A stretch of 36,389 bases of DNA from an uncultured bacterium. Lineage in GTDB: Bacteria > CAYJRR01. Where the stretch lies: NCBI GenBank assembly GCA_964372275.1, contig CAYJRR010000036.1:1-36389 (forward strand), read 5' to 3'. A program made the position numbers and the translations under genes. The notes under the pieces were generated by a model that saw only the letters and a list, made by a program, of their open reading frames with translations, searched no databases and was not told the DNA's origin. The first letter of the stretch is position 1. Each line of letters begins with the position of its first letter. Of the stretch, positions 19,626 through 28,754 are shown in pieces.

Positions 19626-21226
19626 GGCGACACCTCCTCCCGTCGGTAGCCGAACGCCTCGGCCGAGACCACGTCCAGCAGCAGGTCGTCGAAGCGCCCC
19701 GACTCCCGGAACGAGGCTCGCAGCGATGCGAGGTACGGCCCGTCCTCGTACCGCTCCCGCCGCCCCGCCGCGAAGCGGAACAGCTGCGTCACCAGACACG
19801 GCTCGAGGCCGCCGGTCTGGGCGAGCGTCCTCCCGAGCTGCGCCGGACCGTTGAACGGCAGAACCGTTCCGTCCGGCGTCAGGCCGAACAACTCCCCGTC
19901 GCCGGCGATGACGCAGTCGGGCTCGCCGTTGTCGTGCGCGCGCCAACGGCCGGTCTGGTCGTAGTTCTCCAGGCCGAACCCCACCGGATCCATCTGCACG
20001 TGGCACCCGGCGCAGCTCCCCTGATTCCGGTGCTCGGCGTAGCGGTCCCACTTGCACGGCGAGGTGGTGGCGGACGGCGGCTGGTCGACGTCGACGTCGG
20101 GCGGCGGCGGCGGGATGACCTGGCAGAGCAGCCGCTCGCGGATCAGCTTCCCCCGCAGCGTCGGACTGGTATCGCCGAACTTCCCGACCACCGAGAGGAA
20201 GGAGCCGTGGGAGAGGATCCCCGCGCGCTCGCCGGGCCCGGCATACGGCGTCCACGCGAAACCGGTCGCCGGGGCGGGCATGCCGTAGAGCGCGGCGAGC
20301 GTGGCGTCGAGGTAGGTCTCGCCGAGGGTGAACAGCTCGGTCCAGGGCCGCCGCTCGCCGAAGACGATCCGCTCGACCAGCGCCGCCGTCTCGGTCCTCA
20401 TCGACGCGGTCAGGGCGGCGTCGTGCGGCAACTGGTGGTAGCCGAGCCACATCGCGTGGAACCGCTCGACGCGGGCCCGCGCCCGCGGATCGGCGAGGAG
20501 CCGGATCGCGGCCTGGCGGACATCGGCGGGCCGGCGCAACTTGCCGCGGTCGGCGAGATCGAGCAGGGCCTCGTCGGGCGTCGTTCCCCAGAGGAGGAAG
20601 GAGAGGCGGGCCGCGACCTCGTGGTCGTTCAAGCGACGTACGGCCGGGTGTCGCGCCACCGGCCGTCCGATCTCCACCCGGTAGAGGAACTCCGGATGCT
20701 GGAGGAGCGCGCGAACGACCATCCCGGCGGAGATGTAGAAATCGCCGCCCTCGACCGCGAACGACCGGAAGGCGAGGTAGCGGTCGATCTCCGCGTCGGA
20801 GAGCGAACGCCTCAGGGCGAGCCGCCCGAAGCGGGAGATGAACGACCGCAGGCACGCGGCGTCCGACGGTCCGGACGGCACGCATCCGACGACCGCGTCG
20901 CGTTTCGCGGGATCGGCGAGGAGCCGGTCGGCCGCCTCGGTGGCGAGGGTCTCCGCCGCCTCGATCAGGACGGCCGACGGCTGCTGCGTCGTGTAGTCGT
21001 TGTCGAACGGGTCGACGACGTCCTCCGGCAGCTTCGCGAATCCGGAACGGGACTCGTCGAAGAGGAGGTCGCGCACCGTGTGGTCGTACTCGTGGCGCGA
21101 CAGCCGTCGCGCCCCGCTGGGGCCGACGCCGGACGGGACGTCCGGGCCCTCCGGACGTTCCCGCGTGCAGGCCGCCGCCGCCAGACCGAGCGCCGCGATC
21201 GCCGCGATCGATGCGATGTGCCTCAT
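19622..21226 (-). CDS. DUF1592/DUF1588/DUF1595/DUF1587/DUF1585 lipoprotein with CxxCH
   Basis: Lipobox AAAC. RRLSRHEYDHTVRDL, LLQHPEFLYRVE, VAARLSFLLWGTTPD, RAGIL, TSPTLRGK..ERLLC..PPPPP, CAGCH..MDPVGFGLENYD motifs. Confidence 0.92.
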   Translation of the reverse strand: MRHIASIAAIAALGLAAAACTRERPEGPDVPSGVGPSGARRLSRHEYDHTVRDLLFDESRSGFAKLPEDVVDPFDNDYTTQQPSAVLIEAAETLATEAADRLLADPAKRDAVVGCVPSGPSDAACLRSFISRFGRLALRRSLSDAEIDRYLAFRSFAVEGGDFYISAGMVVRALLQHPEFLYRVEIGRPVARHPAVRRLNDHEVAARLSFLLWGTTPDEALLDLADRGKLRRPADVRQAAIRLLADPRARARVERFHAMWLGYHQLPHDAALTASMRTETAALVERIVFGERRPWTELFTLGETYLDATLAALYGMPAPATGFAWTPYAGPGERAGILSHGSFLSVVGKFGDTSPTLRGKLIRERLLCQVIPPPPPDVDVDQPPSATTSPCKWDRYAEHRNQGSCAGCHVQMDPVGFGLENYDQTGRWRAHDNGEPDCVIAGDGELFGLTPDGTVLPFNGPAQLGRTLAQTGGLEPCLVTQLFRFAAGRRERYEDGPYLASLRASFRESGRFDDLLLDVVSAEAFGYRREEVSP

Positions 21227-21274
21227 GCGGCGGAAGGCTCGCACGGGCGATCGCGTCACCCGGTTCCGAAAAAA

Positions 21275-22243
21275 TTATTCCTCGCGCGCCCGCGAAAATC
21301 CGCTCGCTCCGGCCGGTCTCTCGCGAACGCACTCGCGCGGCGTCTTGTCTTCGCGCAGACCCTGGAACGACGGCTGGCGGACGCGCCCCGCCGCCGTCCA
21401 ATCGGAGAAGGCGATCTGCGCCACGTGCCGCGGCTCGACCCAGATCGCCTCCTTCGCCCGCGGCGCGAACGGGGGCCGCCGGTCGAGGCGATCCGGTTCG
21501 AGCGTCCGCCACAGCTCGCGGCGGACCGCGTCGGAGAAGCCGGTCCCGACCTTTCCCGCGTATTCGAAGCCGTGCCCCGCCTCGAACGTCGCGAGGTGGA
21601 GCGCGCCGACGGCCCTCGCGCCGGTGGTGATCGGATTGAATCCGACGATCGCGAGCTCCTGGTTCGCGAGCACCTTCACCTTTCGCCACGCCCGCGAGCC
21701 CGGCCGGTAGGCGGAGCCGATCCGCTTGACGACCACCCCTTCGGTCCGCCGCCGGCGCGCGCGCGCCATCGCCTCCCCGAGCGTCGCGCCGATCGGCGAG
21801 GCGACGGCGATCGGCGGACCGACCCCGGCGAGGACGCCGCGCAGGCGCCCGCGCCGATCTTCGAGTGGCTTCGCGCGCACGTCCTCGCCGTCGATCCACA
21901 AGAGATCGAAGACGACGTATCGCAGCGTCCCTCCCCCGCCCTGCAGGAGCTGGAAACGCGCGATCCCGTCGCCGTCGAGCGCGACCACCTCGCCGTCGAG
22001 CACCGCCTCCGCGACCGGGACGGAGGCGAGCGCGGCCGCCACCGCCGGGAACCGCGCGGAGAGATCGAGCCCCCTGCGCGATTGCAGCGCCACGCGGCGC
22101 GCCGTCGTCCCTACCGTTCCCGGCGGCGCGGCGATCGCTGCGACGGCCCGGAAGCCGTCGTACTTCTCCTCGATCGACCAGCCGGCCCCGATCTCCGAAG
22201 CGTCCGCGAGGTCCGCTTTCATCGGCGGCCAGACGGCAAGCAT
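21275..22243 (-). CDS. ligD: Stand-alone ATP-dependent DNA ligase (LigD ligase + OB domains); start uncertain (22243 or 22285)
   Basis: PMKA; motif I EEKYDGFR; VLDGEVV; YVVFDLL; EGVVVK; WRKVK; OB fold GKVGTGF, WVEP, RQPSFQGLREDK. Confidence 0.92.
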   Translation of the reverse strand: MLAVWPPMKADLADASEIGAGWSIEEKYDGFRAVAAIAAPPGTVGTTARRVALQSRRGLDLSARFPAVAAALASVPVAEAVLDGEVVALDGDGIARFQLLQGGGGTLRYVVFDLLWIDGEDVRAKPLEDRRGRLRGVLAGVGPPIAVASPIGATLGEAMARARRRRTEGVVVKRIGSAYRPGSRAWRKVKVLANQELAIVGFNPITTGARAVGALHLATFEAGHGFEYAGKVGTGFSDAVRRELWRTLEPDRLDRRPPFAPRAKEAIWVEPRHVAQIAFSDWTAAGRVRQPSFQGLREDKTPRECVRERPAGASGFSRAREE

Positions 22244-22469
22244 CAGGTCGATCGGCGAGCGCTCCACCGCGTGTACGATGCGCATCGCCACCGCGCGAGG
22301 GGGCGACTCCGTAGGACGCCGGCCGGGGGGTGCGCTCCCCGGGCATGCATGCCACGCCGGAGCGATCCCCATTTCGCGGACCCCGATCGATCCCCGGAGA
22401 TCTTCTGATTCCTTTTCGTGGACCGCCTCTTGCGCCGCTTCCGAGCCCCGCCCGACCGCGCCATTCCCC

Positions 22470-22485
22470 TGGCGCGTCGCTTGCT
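22470..22485 (+). promoter_or_regulatory. Putative sigma54 promoter
   Basis: TGGCGCGTCGCTTGCT (GG-N10-GC), 40 nt before ATG 22526. Confidence 0.7.
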
Positions 22486-22525
22486 TACCTGAGGTGGCAC
22501 GGTTCGAAAAAGGGGGCGGAAACCG

Positions 22526-23911
22526 ATGGTTCGCCAGGGATCGATCAGGGGAGTTGCGGTGGGGGTCGGGACGGCGTGGATCGCCGCCCTGTCGGCGTGC
22601 GGAGTGCAGACGTCCGAAAACAGCCGCGTCCGGATCGAGTCGATCTCTCCGGCCTCCTCGTCCATCACCGGCGGCGTGACGGTGACGCTGGTCGGAAAAG
22701 GGTTCGACGACGGTGACGAAGCTCCGGAGGTCTACTTCGGGGAGAGCCTGGCGCAGGTCGTGTCGGTCACCGAGAACACCCTCACCGTGACGCTGCCGGC
22801 GGGAATGACCTGCGGCCCGGTGAACGTCCAGGTGACCAACGGCAACGGTTCGGGATACCGCGAGGACGGCTTCTCCTACATCGGCGGCGACACTTCGCTT
22901 ACCGTGACGTCGATCAACCCGCCGACCGGGCAGATCGGCGGCGGCACCGACGTGACGATCGAGGGCTCGGGCTTCTCCGGCGGCGTCGGCGTTTCGCTGG
23001 GCGGCCTGCCGCTGATCAACATCCAGATCCAGGGGGACACCCGCCTCACCGCGCGGATCCCGACCCGCGAGGCCGGAGGGCGATTCGACCTGGTGATCCG
23101 CAACTGCGCTTCCCAGGCGTCGCTCCCCGCCGCCTTCACCTACACCTCGGGCTTGAACGGCGCGCTGATCGACCTGCCGCTGTTCGACTACGTCAATCCA
23201 TCCCAGTTCGGAAACCCGGCGCCGCAGGACCTGATCGATCCGTTCGTGGCGTTCGTCGAGCCGACCGCCACGGCGCTGACCAATCCGCTGCCGCCGACGA
23301 TCGACACCTGCCGCTTCAACGCGCCGGTGCAGAGCGCGCCCGATCTCGCGGTGATCGCGCTCGGCGACCAGGTATCGCTCTCCAGCGGCGGGCAGTCGAT
23401 GACGATCGACAAGCAGTCGGACGACCTCTACTACTACGCCGCGACCGACAACTCGGTCTACGCCACCAGCCGCTTCGTGCCGGGCGGCCGCTACAACTTC
23501 GGGTCGACCGGCGATGGCGAGACCGAGCCGTTCTCGGTCACCGACGCCTTCACCGCGCCGTCGAACTACCAGGTCTCGAGCCCGGACATCGACAACACCG
23601 ATCCGACGATCGTCCCCCGCTCCCAGATGCAGTGGAGCTGGACGGCGACGACGCCGGGCGATTTCTTCGAGATCCTCCTCATCGGCTACTCGAACGCCGG
23701 GACCGAGACGAACGAGGTCCTCTCCTGCTACGTGCGGGACGACGGAAACTTCCTGATCCCGACGAACGAGATCAACAAGTTCAGCGGAAGCACCACGCAG
23801 CTGGTGGTGCTGTCGAACCGGCGGAAGGATTCGGAGTTCCTCGTCCCTGCGAACGGGAGCAAGGGACGGGCGGTGGTCTCGCTCTACAAGGTGGGATACC
23901 TGCGCTTTTGA
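22526..23911 (+). CDS. IPT/TIG-domain lipoprotein with a C-terminal beta-rich domain
   Basis: Lipobox LSAC. Two repeats of SI.P..(S/G)...GG..VT..G.GF..FTY/FSY. Confidence 0.85.
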   Translation: MVRQGSIRGVAVGVGTAWIAALSACGVQTSENSRVRIESISPASSSITGGVTVTLVGKGFDDGDEAPEVYFGESLAQVVSVTENTLTVTLPAGMTCGPVNVQVTNGNGSGYREDGFSYIGGDTSLTVTSINPPTGQIGGGTDVTIEGSGFSGGVGVSLGGLPLINIQIQGDTRLTARIPTREAGGRFDLVIRNCASQASLPAAFTYTSGLNGALIDLPLFDYVNPSQFGNPAPQDLIDPFVAFVEPTATALTNPLPPTIDTCRFNAPVQSAPDLAVIALGDQVSLSSGGQSMTIDKQSDDLYYYAATDNSVYATSRFVPGGRYNFGSTGDGETEPFSVTDAFTAPSNYQVSSPDIDNTDPTIVPRSQMQWSWTATTPGDFFEILLIGYSNAGTETNEVLSCYVRDDGNFLIPTNEINKFSGSTTQLVVLSNRRKDSEFLVPANGSKGRAVVSLYKVGYLRF

Positions 23912-24060
23912 GGACTTCTGGGACGAAGGTTGGGGCGGTCGGCGGACCGTGTAGAAGCGACGCTTTCCCCGTCGGGGAACGCGTCGTTGTCACACGTACC
24001 GCGGCTGTGACGGGGGCGTCCGGGACTGAAAATCCTCGGGATTCGCACCGAGGAATGCAT

Positions 24061-24076
24061 CGGCATCGTCTTTGCT
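24061..24076 (+). promoter_or_regulatory. Putative sigma54 promoter
   Basis: CGGCATCGTCTTTGCT (GG-N10-GC), about 50 nt before ATG 24128. Confidence 0.55.
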
Positions 24077-24127
24077 GTTGAACGCGCCCCCAAACCGGAC
24101 ACGTCGAACCCAGGAGTGCAACATCCC

Positions 24128-25720
24128 ATGAATCGTCTTCTTCGAGTCGCTTCGTTCGGGCTCCTCACCGTCCTGACCGCCGCTTGCGGCGCGAGCACCG
24201 CCAGCAAGGAGGGCACCTCCGACCCGCAGCCGGACGACGACCAGCCGGTCGTCTCCGCGGCCGCGAGCGTCACCTCGGGTGTCGCGCCGCTCGACGTCGA
24301 GTTCACCGGCGTGGCCGCCGGGGGCGACGGCGACCTCGAGTTCCTGTGGGAGTTCGGAGACGGCGAGACCTCCGACGACCAGAACCCCAGCTACGTCTAC
24401 GCGATGAACGGGACGTTCGTCGCGACCTTCACCGCCACCGACGAGGACGGCGACTTCGCCACCGCGACGGTGACGATCTCCGTCGGCTCGGCGAGCGCCC
24501 CGGCGGTGACGGCGGGGGCCGACCAGACCTCCGGCGTCGCGCCGCTCAACGTCCAGTTCACCTCGACGGTCGTCGGCGGCGATGCGCCGGTGACGGTGGC
24601 GTGGAACTTCGGCGACGGCGAGACCTCGGCGGCCGCCAATCCGCTGCACACCTACCTCACCCCCGGCACCTACGGCGCGACGGTCACCGCGACCGACGCC
24701 ACCGGCGACATGGCCTCGGCGACGGTGCTGATCACCGTCGGCTCGGACAGCAAGCCGGTGATCTCGATCGGCGCGACGCCGACCTCGGGGCCGGCTCCGC
24801 TCAACGTCGCCTTCACCTCGATGGCCGCCGGCGGCGATGCGCCGCTGGCCTACGCCTGGGATTTCGGCGACGGCACGACGGGCAATACCGCCAACGTCAA
24901 CCACATCTACAACATGAACGGCTCCTACGCCGCCAAGGTGGTGGTGACCGACGCCAACGGCGACACCGCGCAGGCCACGGTCACGATCGTGGTCAACGAC
25001 AACCAGAACAACGCCACCAAGCCCGACCTCCAGCTCGCCAACTTCGGCTCGTTCGAGTCGGGCCTGGCCGACGACTACGAACCGAACGACGAGGCGGCCT
25101 ACTACCTGGGCGACTACGGCACCGGAAACGCGCTCTACACGGTCGACAACGCCTACATCGACCCGGTCGACGTCACCTACTTCATCGACGTCGTCAACTT
25201 CGGCGCGGCCCTCAACACCCCGTTCGACGTCGACTTCTACCGCAACAGCCCGAGCTCGCCGGGCGCGACGGTGCTGGGCGACGACTACGAGACGGTGACC
25301 AACCTGGGTTCCAACGGTTCGACGCGGCTCTACTTCACCGTCACCGACTTCACCCCGGGGATGACCAACCGCTCCTACGTCCGCGTCGACACCTTCGACG
25401 AGATCGAAGAGTCGGTCGAGGACAACAACCTCACCGCCGGGATGGACGTGACCGTCGACGGCGACGACGACTGGTTCGCCGTCTACGAGCAGAGCGGCTG
25501 GACGCTCCAGATCGACCTCGACATGCTGCCGAAGGACTACGACCTCGAGCTGTACTCCGAGGACGGCGACCTGTTGGCCTCGTCGGGGAACGGCTCGACG
25601 ACGCCGGAGGCGATCGACTACACCGCGACCTACAACGGCCTCTACTTCGTGCGCGTCTTCGGCTACAACGGCGCGCGGGATTCGACCACGCCGTACCGGC
25701 TGAAGGTGCTCGTTCCGTAG
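24128..25720 (+). CDS. Surface lipoprotein with 3 PKD domains + CARDB-like + PPC-like domains (paralog of 13241..14587)
   Basis: AGGAG RBS, lipobox TAAC. Three SG.APL.V.F..W.FGDG repeats. KPDL, YEPND, VDTFDEIEESVEDNN, DDDWF, DYDLELY motifs. Confidence 0.9.
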   Translation: MNRLLRVASFGLLTVLTAACGASTASKEGTSDPQPDDDQPVVSAAASVTSGVAPLDVEFTGVAAGGDGDLEFLWEFGDGETSDDQNPSYVYAMNGTFVATFTATDEDGDFATATVTISVGSASAPAVTAGADQTSGVAPLNVQFTSTVVGGDAPVTVAWNFGDGETSAAANPLHTYLTPGTYGATVTATDATGDMASATVLITVGSDSKPVISIGATPTSGPAPLNVAFTSMAAGGDAPLAYAWDFGDGTTGNTANVNHIYNMNGSYAAKVVVTDANGDTAQATVTIVVNDNQNNATKPDLQLANFGSFESGLADDYEPNDEAAYYLGDYGTGNALYTVDNAYIDPVDVTYFIDVVNFGAALNTPFDVDFYRNSPSSPGATVLGDDYETVTNLGSNGSTRLYFTVTDFTPGMTNRSYVRVDTFDEIEESVEDNNLTAGMDVTVDGDDDWFAVYEQSGWTLQIDLDMLPKDYDLELYSEDGDLLASSGNGSTTPEAIDYTATYNGLYFVRVFGYNGARDSTTPYRLKVLVP

Positions 25721-25738
25721 GGGTCCGGTCCCTTCCCT

Positions 25739-25801
25739 TCCGGCTCCGACTCCGGCTCCCTTCCCTCGCTCCATGGGAAGGGAAACGGAGTCGGAGCCGG
25801 A
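25739..25801. repeat. Long intergenic inverted repeat (REP-like or terminator-like hairpin)
   Basis: TCCGGCTCCGACTCCG-GC-TCCCTTCCC / 9-nt loop / GGGAAGGGA-AA-CGGAGTCGGAGCCGGA, giving a 16+9 bp stem. Confidence 0.85.
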
Positions 25802-25871
25802 GTCGTTTCGGGATGGGAACGGAGGGGAACGCCGGCCCTGCGGGCGACAGGCGTCTGCTAGCATCCGGCCG

Positions 25872-26225
25872 ATGCGCCGCGTCGCGACCCTGCTCTCGTT
25901 CGCGCTTGCCCTCGCCTGTCAGCCCAAGGGACGGTCGGTGCGGGCCTGGATCGAGTCGCGGGACCGGAACGGGGCGATCGTCGCCGGCGCGACGGTGGAG
26001 GTCGACGGCGTGCCGCTGGGTCTCACCGACGCGCGCGGCCTCTACCGCTTGAAGATCCGCCGCCGCGTCGGGGACGTCGTCCGCCTCACCCTCTACGACG
26101 AGCGCGCGGGTCTCCCGCCGTCCGGGGCCTGGAGCGGCGCCTTCACCGTGGGCACCAACGGCGCGCCGGTCGAGTTCGCGGGCGGCCGCATCGTGGCCCG
26201 GGTACAGCGCGCGGAGGCGCCGTGA
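25872..26225 (+). CDS. Small lipoprotein, carboxypeptidase-regulatory/PEGA-like beta domain
   Basis: MRRVATLLSFALALAC lipobox. G..VAGATVEVDG..LGLTDARG motif. GTGA overlap with the next gene. Confidence 0.72.
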   Translation: MRRVATLLSFALALACQPKGRSVRAWIESRDRNGAIVAGATVEVDGVPLGLTDARGLYRLKIRRRVGDVVRLTLYDERAGLPPSGAWSGAFTVGTNGAPVEFAGGRIVARVQRAEAP

Positions 26226-27559
26226 AACGCCGCCGCCTGGCGCTCGGACTGGCCCTGGCGCTCGCCGGATGCAACCCGATTCCGCGGCTGCGGGCGGTCT
26301 TCCATCCGCCGCCCAAGAAGGCCAAGCCGGTTCGCGAAGCGCCGCCCCCCGCCTTTCCACCGCACGTGATTGCGGCCTTCCCCGAGGCGCGCTCGGTCCG
26401 CCTCGACCCGCGCAGCCCGCGCATGGCGCTGGCCGCCGAACGGGTGCTGACCGCCGACGATCCGCACCTCCGCCGCGGTCCGCCGCGGTTCTCCCCCGAC
26501 GGCCGGACGATCGCCTACGAGGAGATCGATCTCGCGCGCGGCGAACGGTCGATCGTCGTCCGCGCGCTCGACGGCGCGATCGTCGCGCGGCTGCCCGTGA
26601 GCCCGCAGCGGGAGCTCGGATCGACGGACCCCCCGCGGCGCGAAGACGGCGGCGAACGCGGGCCGTCGCCGATCGCCTGGGCGCCGTCGTCGGACGCGCT
26701 CGCCTTCACCCGCGAGACGAGTCTCGGCGCCTACGAAGCGGCGATCGCGCGCTTTCCTCCCGTCGACGCGCCGGCTCCGGCAATCGCGCCTGCGCCGCCG
26801 CCGGCGCCCGCGGTCCGGCGGATCGCCGGACCGCCGGTGTCGAATGGATCGCTCGTCTGGTCGCCCGCGGGCGATCGGATCCTGTTCGTCCCGGCGACCC
26901 GTCCCGACGAGATCTGGTCCGCGTCGCCGGAAGCGGCAACCTCCGAGCGCTGGCTCGCAGCGCCGTCCACCATCCACTCGCTGGCGATCGCTCCGGCAGG
27001 GGACCGTGTCTCCTTCTCCGCGGGGGGCGCGGCGCGCGACCTGTTCGTGGTCGACGCCGGACCCGAGGGGCCCCTTGCGCCCCGGCGGCTGACGCGCTGG
27101 CCGTTCGACAACGTCTGCCCCGCGTTCTCGCCGGACGGCGCGACGGTCGCCTTCTACAGCTCCCTTCCGCCGATCGACGGGCGCGGCGGTCTTCCGTCCG
27201 GAACCACGAGCTGGTCGCTGGTCACGGTCGCCGCCGACGGATCCGATCCGCCGTCGGGCTCGGCGCTGTTCGAGCGGGTCCGCGCCTCGCGCCTTTCGAT
27301 CGGACTCGCCTCCCCTCCCTCGTGGTCCCCCGATGGGCGCTGGATCGCCGTCGTCGAGCCGCGCACCGTCGACTTCCGCGCGCTGGTTCTGGTCGAGAGC
27401 CATGGCACGGCACGCCACGAGCTGGCGACCGACTCGATCACCAACGAGGACGTGGCGGTGTCGGCCGACGGCGTGCTCGCCTACCGGTCGCGCGGCGAGT
27501 GGGGCGACCACATCGTCATCGGCTTGACCGGCCGCGGCGCCACGCGCGTGGGCGGCTAA
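26222..27559 (+). CDS. TolB-like (PD40) beta-propeller lipoprotein
   Basis: Lipobox LAGC. Repeats PRFSPDG, WAPSS, WSPAG, PAFSPDG, PSWSPDG, VSADG. Confidence 0.85.
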   Translation: MKRRRLALGLALALAGCNPIPRLRAVFHPPPKKAKPVREAPPPAFPPHVIAAFPEARSVRLDPRSPRMALAAERVLTADDPHLRRGPPRFSPDGRTIAYEEIDLARGERSIVVRALDGAIVARLPVSPQRELGSTDPPRREDGGERGPSPIAWAPSSDALAFTRETSLGAYEAAIARFPPVDAPAPAIAPAPPPAPAVRRIAGPPVSNGSLVWSPAGDRILFVPATRPDEIWSASPEAATSERWLAAPSTIHSLAIAPAGDRVSFSAGGAARDLFVVDAGPEGPLAPRRLTRWPFDNVCPAFSPDGATVAFYSSLPPIDGRGGLPSGTTSWSLVTVAADGSDPPSGSALFERVRASRLSIGLASPPSWSPDGRWIAVVEPRTVDFRALVLVESHGTARHELATDSITNEDVAVSADGVLAYRSRGEWGDHIVIGLTGRGATRVGG

Positions 27560-28665
27560 GGGTTGGCGGGGAAGCCCGGGTTCCCCGATGGAGGGTCCGT
27601 TTCGTCGGCGTCGCCTTCCGGCTCGACCGACAGGACGTCGAGCGCGAGCTCCGCTTCGAGCGCCTTCACCCGATCGCGACTGCGCGCGATCCACTCGCTC
27701 TCGAACCCGACCCGCTCGCCGAGCGCGACCACCTGCAGGTAGGACTGGAAGGCCTGCCGCTTGAACGGCTTCGCCGCCCCTTCGACCGTCCGCTGGTACC
27801 GCTCGCGCTGCGCAGCGTCGAAGGCGGCAGGCGCCGGGACTTGGACCAGCTCGCGGCCGACCCCTTCGAACAGCTCGCCGGTGCGATAGACCGCGGCCGC
27901 CGCCCACGAGGGGTCCTTGATCTGCACCACGTCGGCGTAGGCGGCGCGGGCCGTGGCGAGGGCGTCGAGCTTCTGCCGGACGCGCCGGTCGAGGCGCCGC
28001 TGCGGATACTCGAGGCGGATCTCGAAGACGGCGCGGGCGCGGCGCTCGGCGTCGGCGAACCGCGCCTCGGCCGCGGCGGCGCGCACCGATTCCGGCGGTT
28101 CGGGGATCGCCGCGTAGGCGCGGATCGCCTCCGGCATCTCCCGCCGCGCCGCCCGCGCCTTGCCCGCGTGGAAGAGGCAGACGACCCGGCGCAGTCGCGC
28201 CCCGGCGATCGCCTCCTCGTCGTCCACCGAACGGACGATTTCCCGGTACTCGCGGGCGGCGTCGAGCGGGCGGTTCATCGACTCGAGGGCGTAGGCGGCG
28301 CGAAGGCGGGCGTGCAGCATCGCCTCGCCCCGCCCGTGGGAGGCGACGTAGAGGAAGTATCCGCGCGCGCGCACGGGATCGCCCAACGCCTCGTGGCAGG
28401 CGCCGAGCTCCAGCACCGCTTCGACGAATCGCGACGACTCGGGGTAGCTCTCGAGGAAACGCTGCAAGGCGGGAACCGCCTCCTCGCAACGCTCCTCCTC
28501 CCCGAGCGCGAGCAGCCGATCGAGCTCGGGATCGGGCGTCTCGACGGTCGATCCCGCAGGACCGACGCGGATGATGAGCGGATCCATCGTGATCCGATCG
28601 ATCCTCGGCGCGCAGGCGGCGGCGATGGTGGCGAGGACGGCGGCGGTGGCAACGGCGACCTTCAT
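27556..28665 (-). CDS. Tetratricopeptide-repeat lipoprotein
   Basis: Lipobox AAAC. TPR helices (A...LQRFLESYPESS...AVLELG). C-terminal WAAAAVYRTG..P.P..Y..A.P...A...Y pattern of the kind seen in deltaproteobacterial TPR proteins. Confidence 0.8.
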   Translation of the reverse strand: MKVAVATAAVLATIAAACAPRIDRITMDPLIIRVGPAGSTVETPDPELDRLLALGEEERCEEAVPALQRFLESYPESSRFVEAVLELGACHEALGDPVRARGYFLYVASHGRGEAMLHARLRAAYALESMNRPLDAAREYREIVRSVDDEEAIAGARLRRVVCLFHAGKARAARREMPEAIRAYAAIPEPPESVRAAAAEARFADAERRARAVFEIRLEYPQRRLDRRVRQKLDALATARAAYADVVQIKDPSWAAAAVYRTGELFEGVGRELVQVPAPAAFDAAQRERYQRTVEGAAKPFKRQAFQSYLQVVALGERVGFESEWIARSRDRVKALEAELALDVLSVEPEGDADETDPPSGNPGFPANP

Positions 28666-28689
28666 CGATCCGAGCGGCGAGAATCGGTG

Positions 28690-28717
28690 TTGACCGCGAT
28701 TCGCGCGCGACTACTAT
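28690..28717 (+). promoter_or_regulatory. Near-consensus sigma70 promoter of the histone gene
   Basis: TTGACC-N16-TACTAT, followed by an AT-rich leader and GGAGG RBS (28746-28750). Confidence 0.7.
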
Positions 28718-28754
28718 ACGAGGGTTTTTTCCACGGAAAAGAATCGGAGGGGCG

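Noticed and set aside
18171-22355. 1394-aa ORF suggesting a giant fusion ending in DUF1552
   Set aside because: Only 18171..19625 is protein-like. The upstream part is an alternative frame over the DUF1592 and ligase genes.
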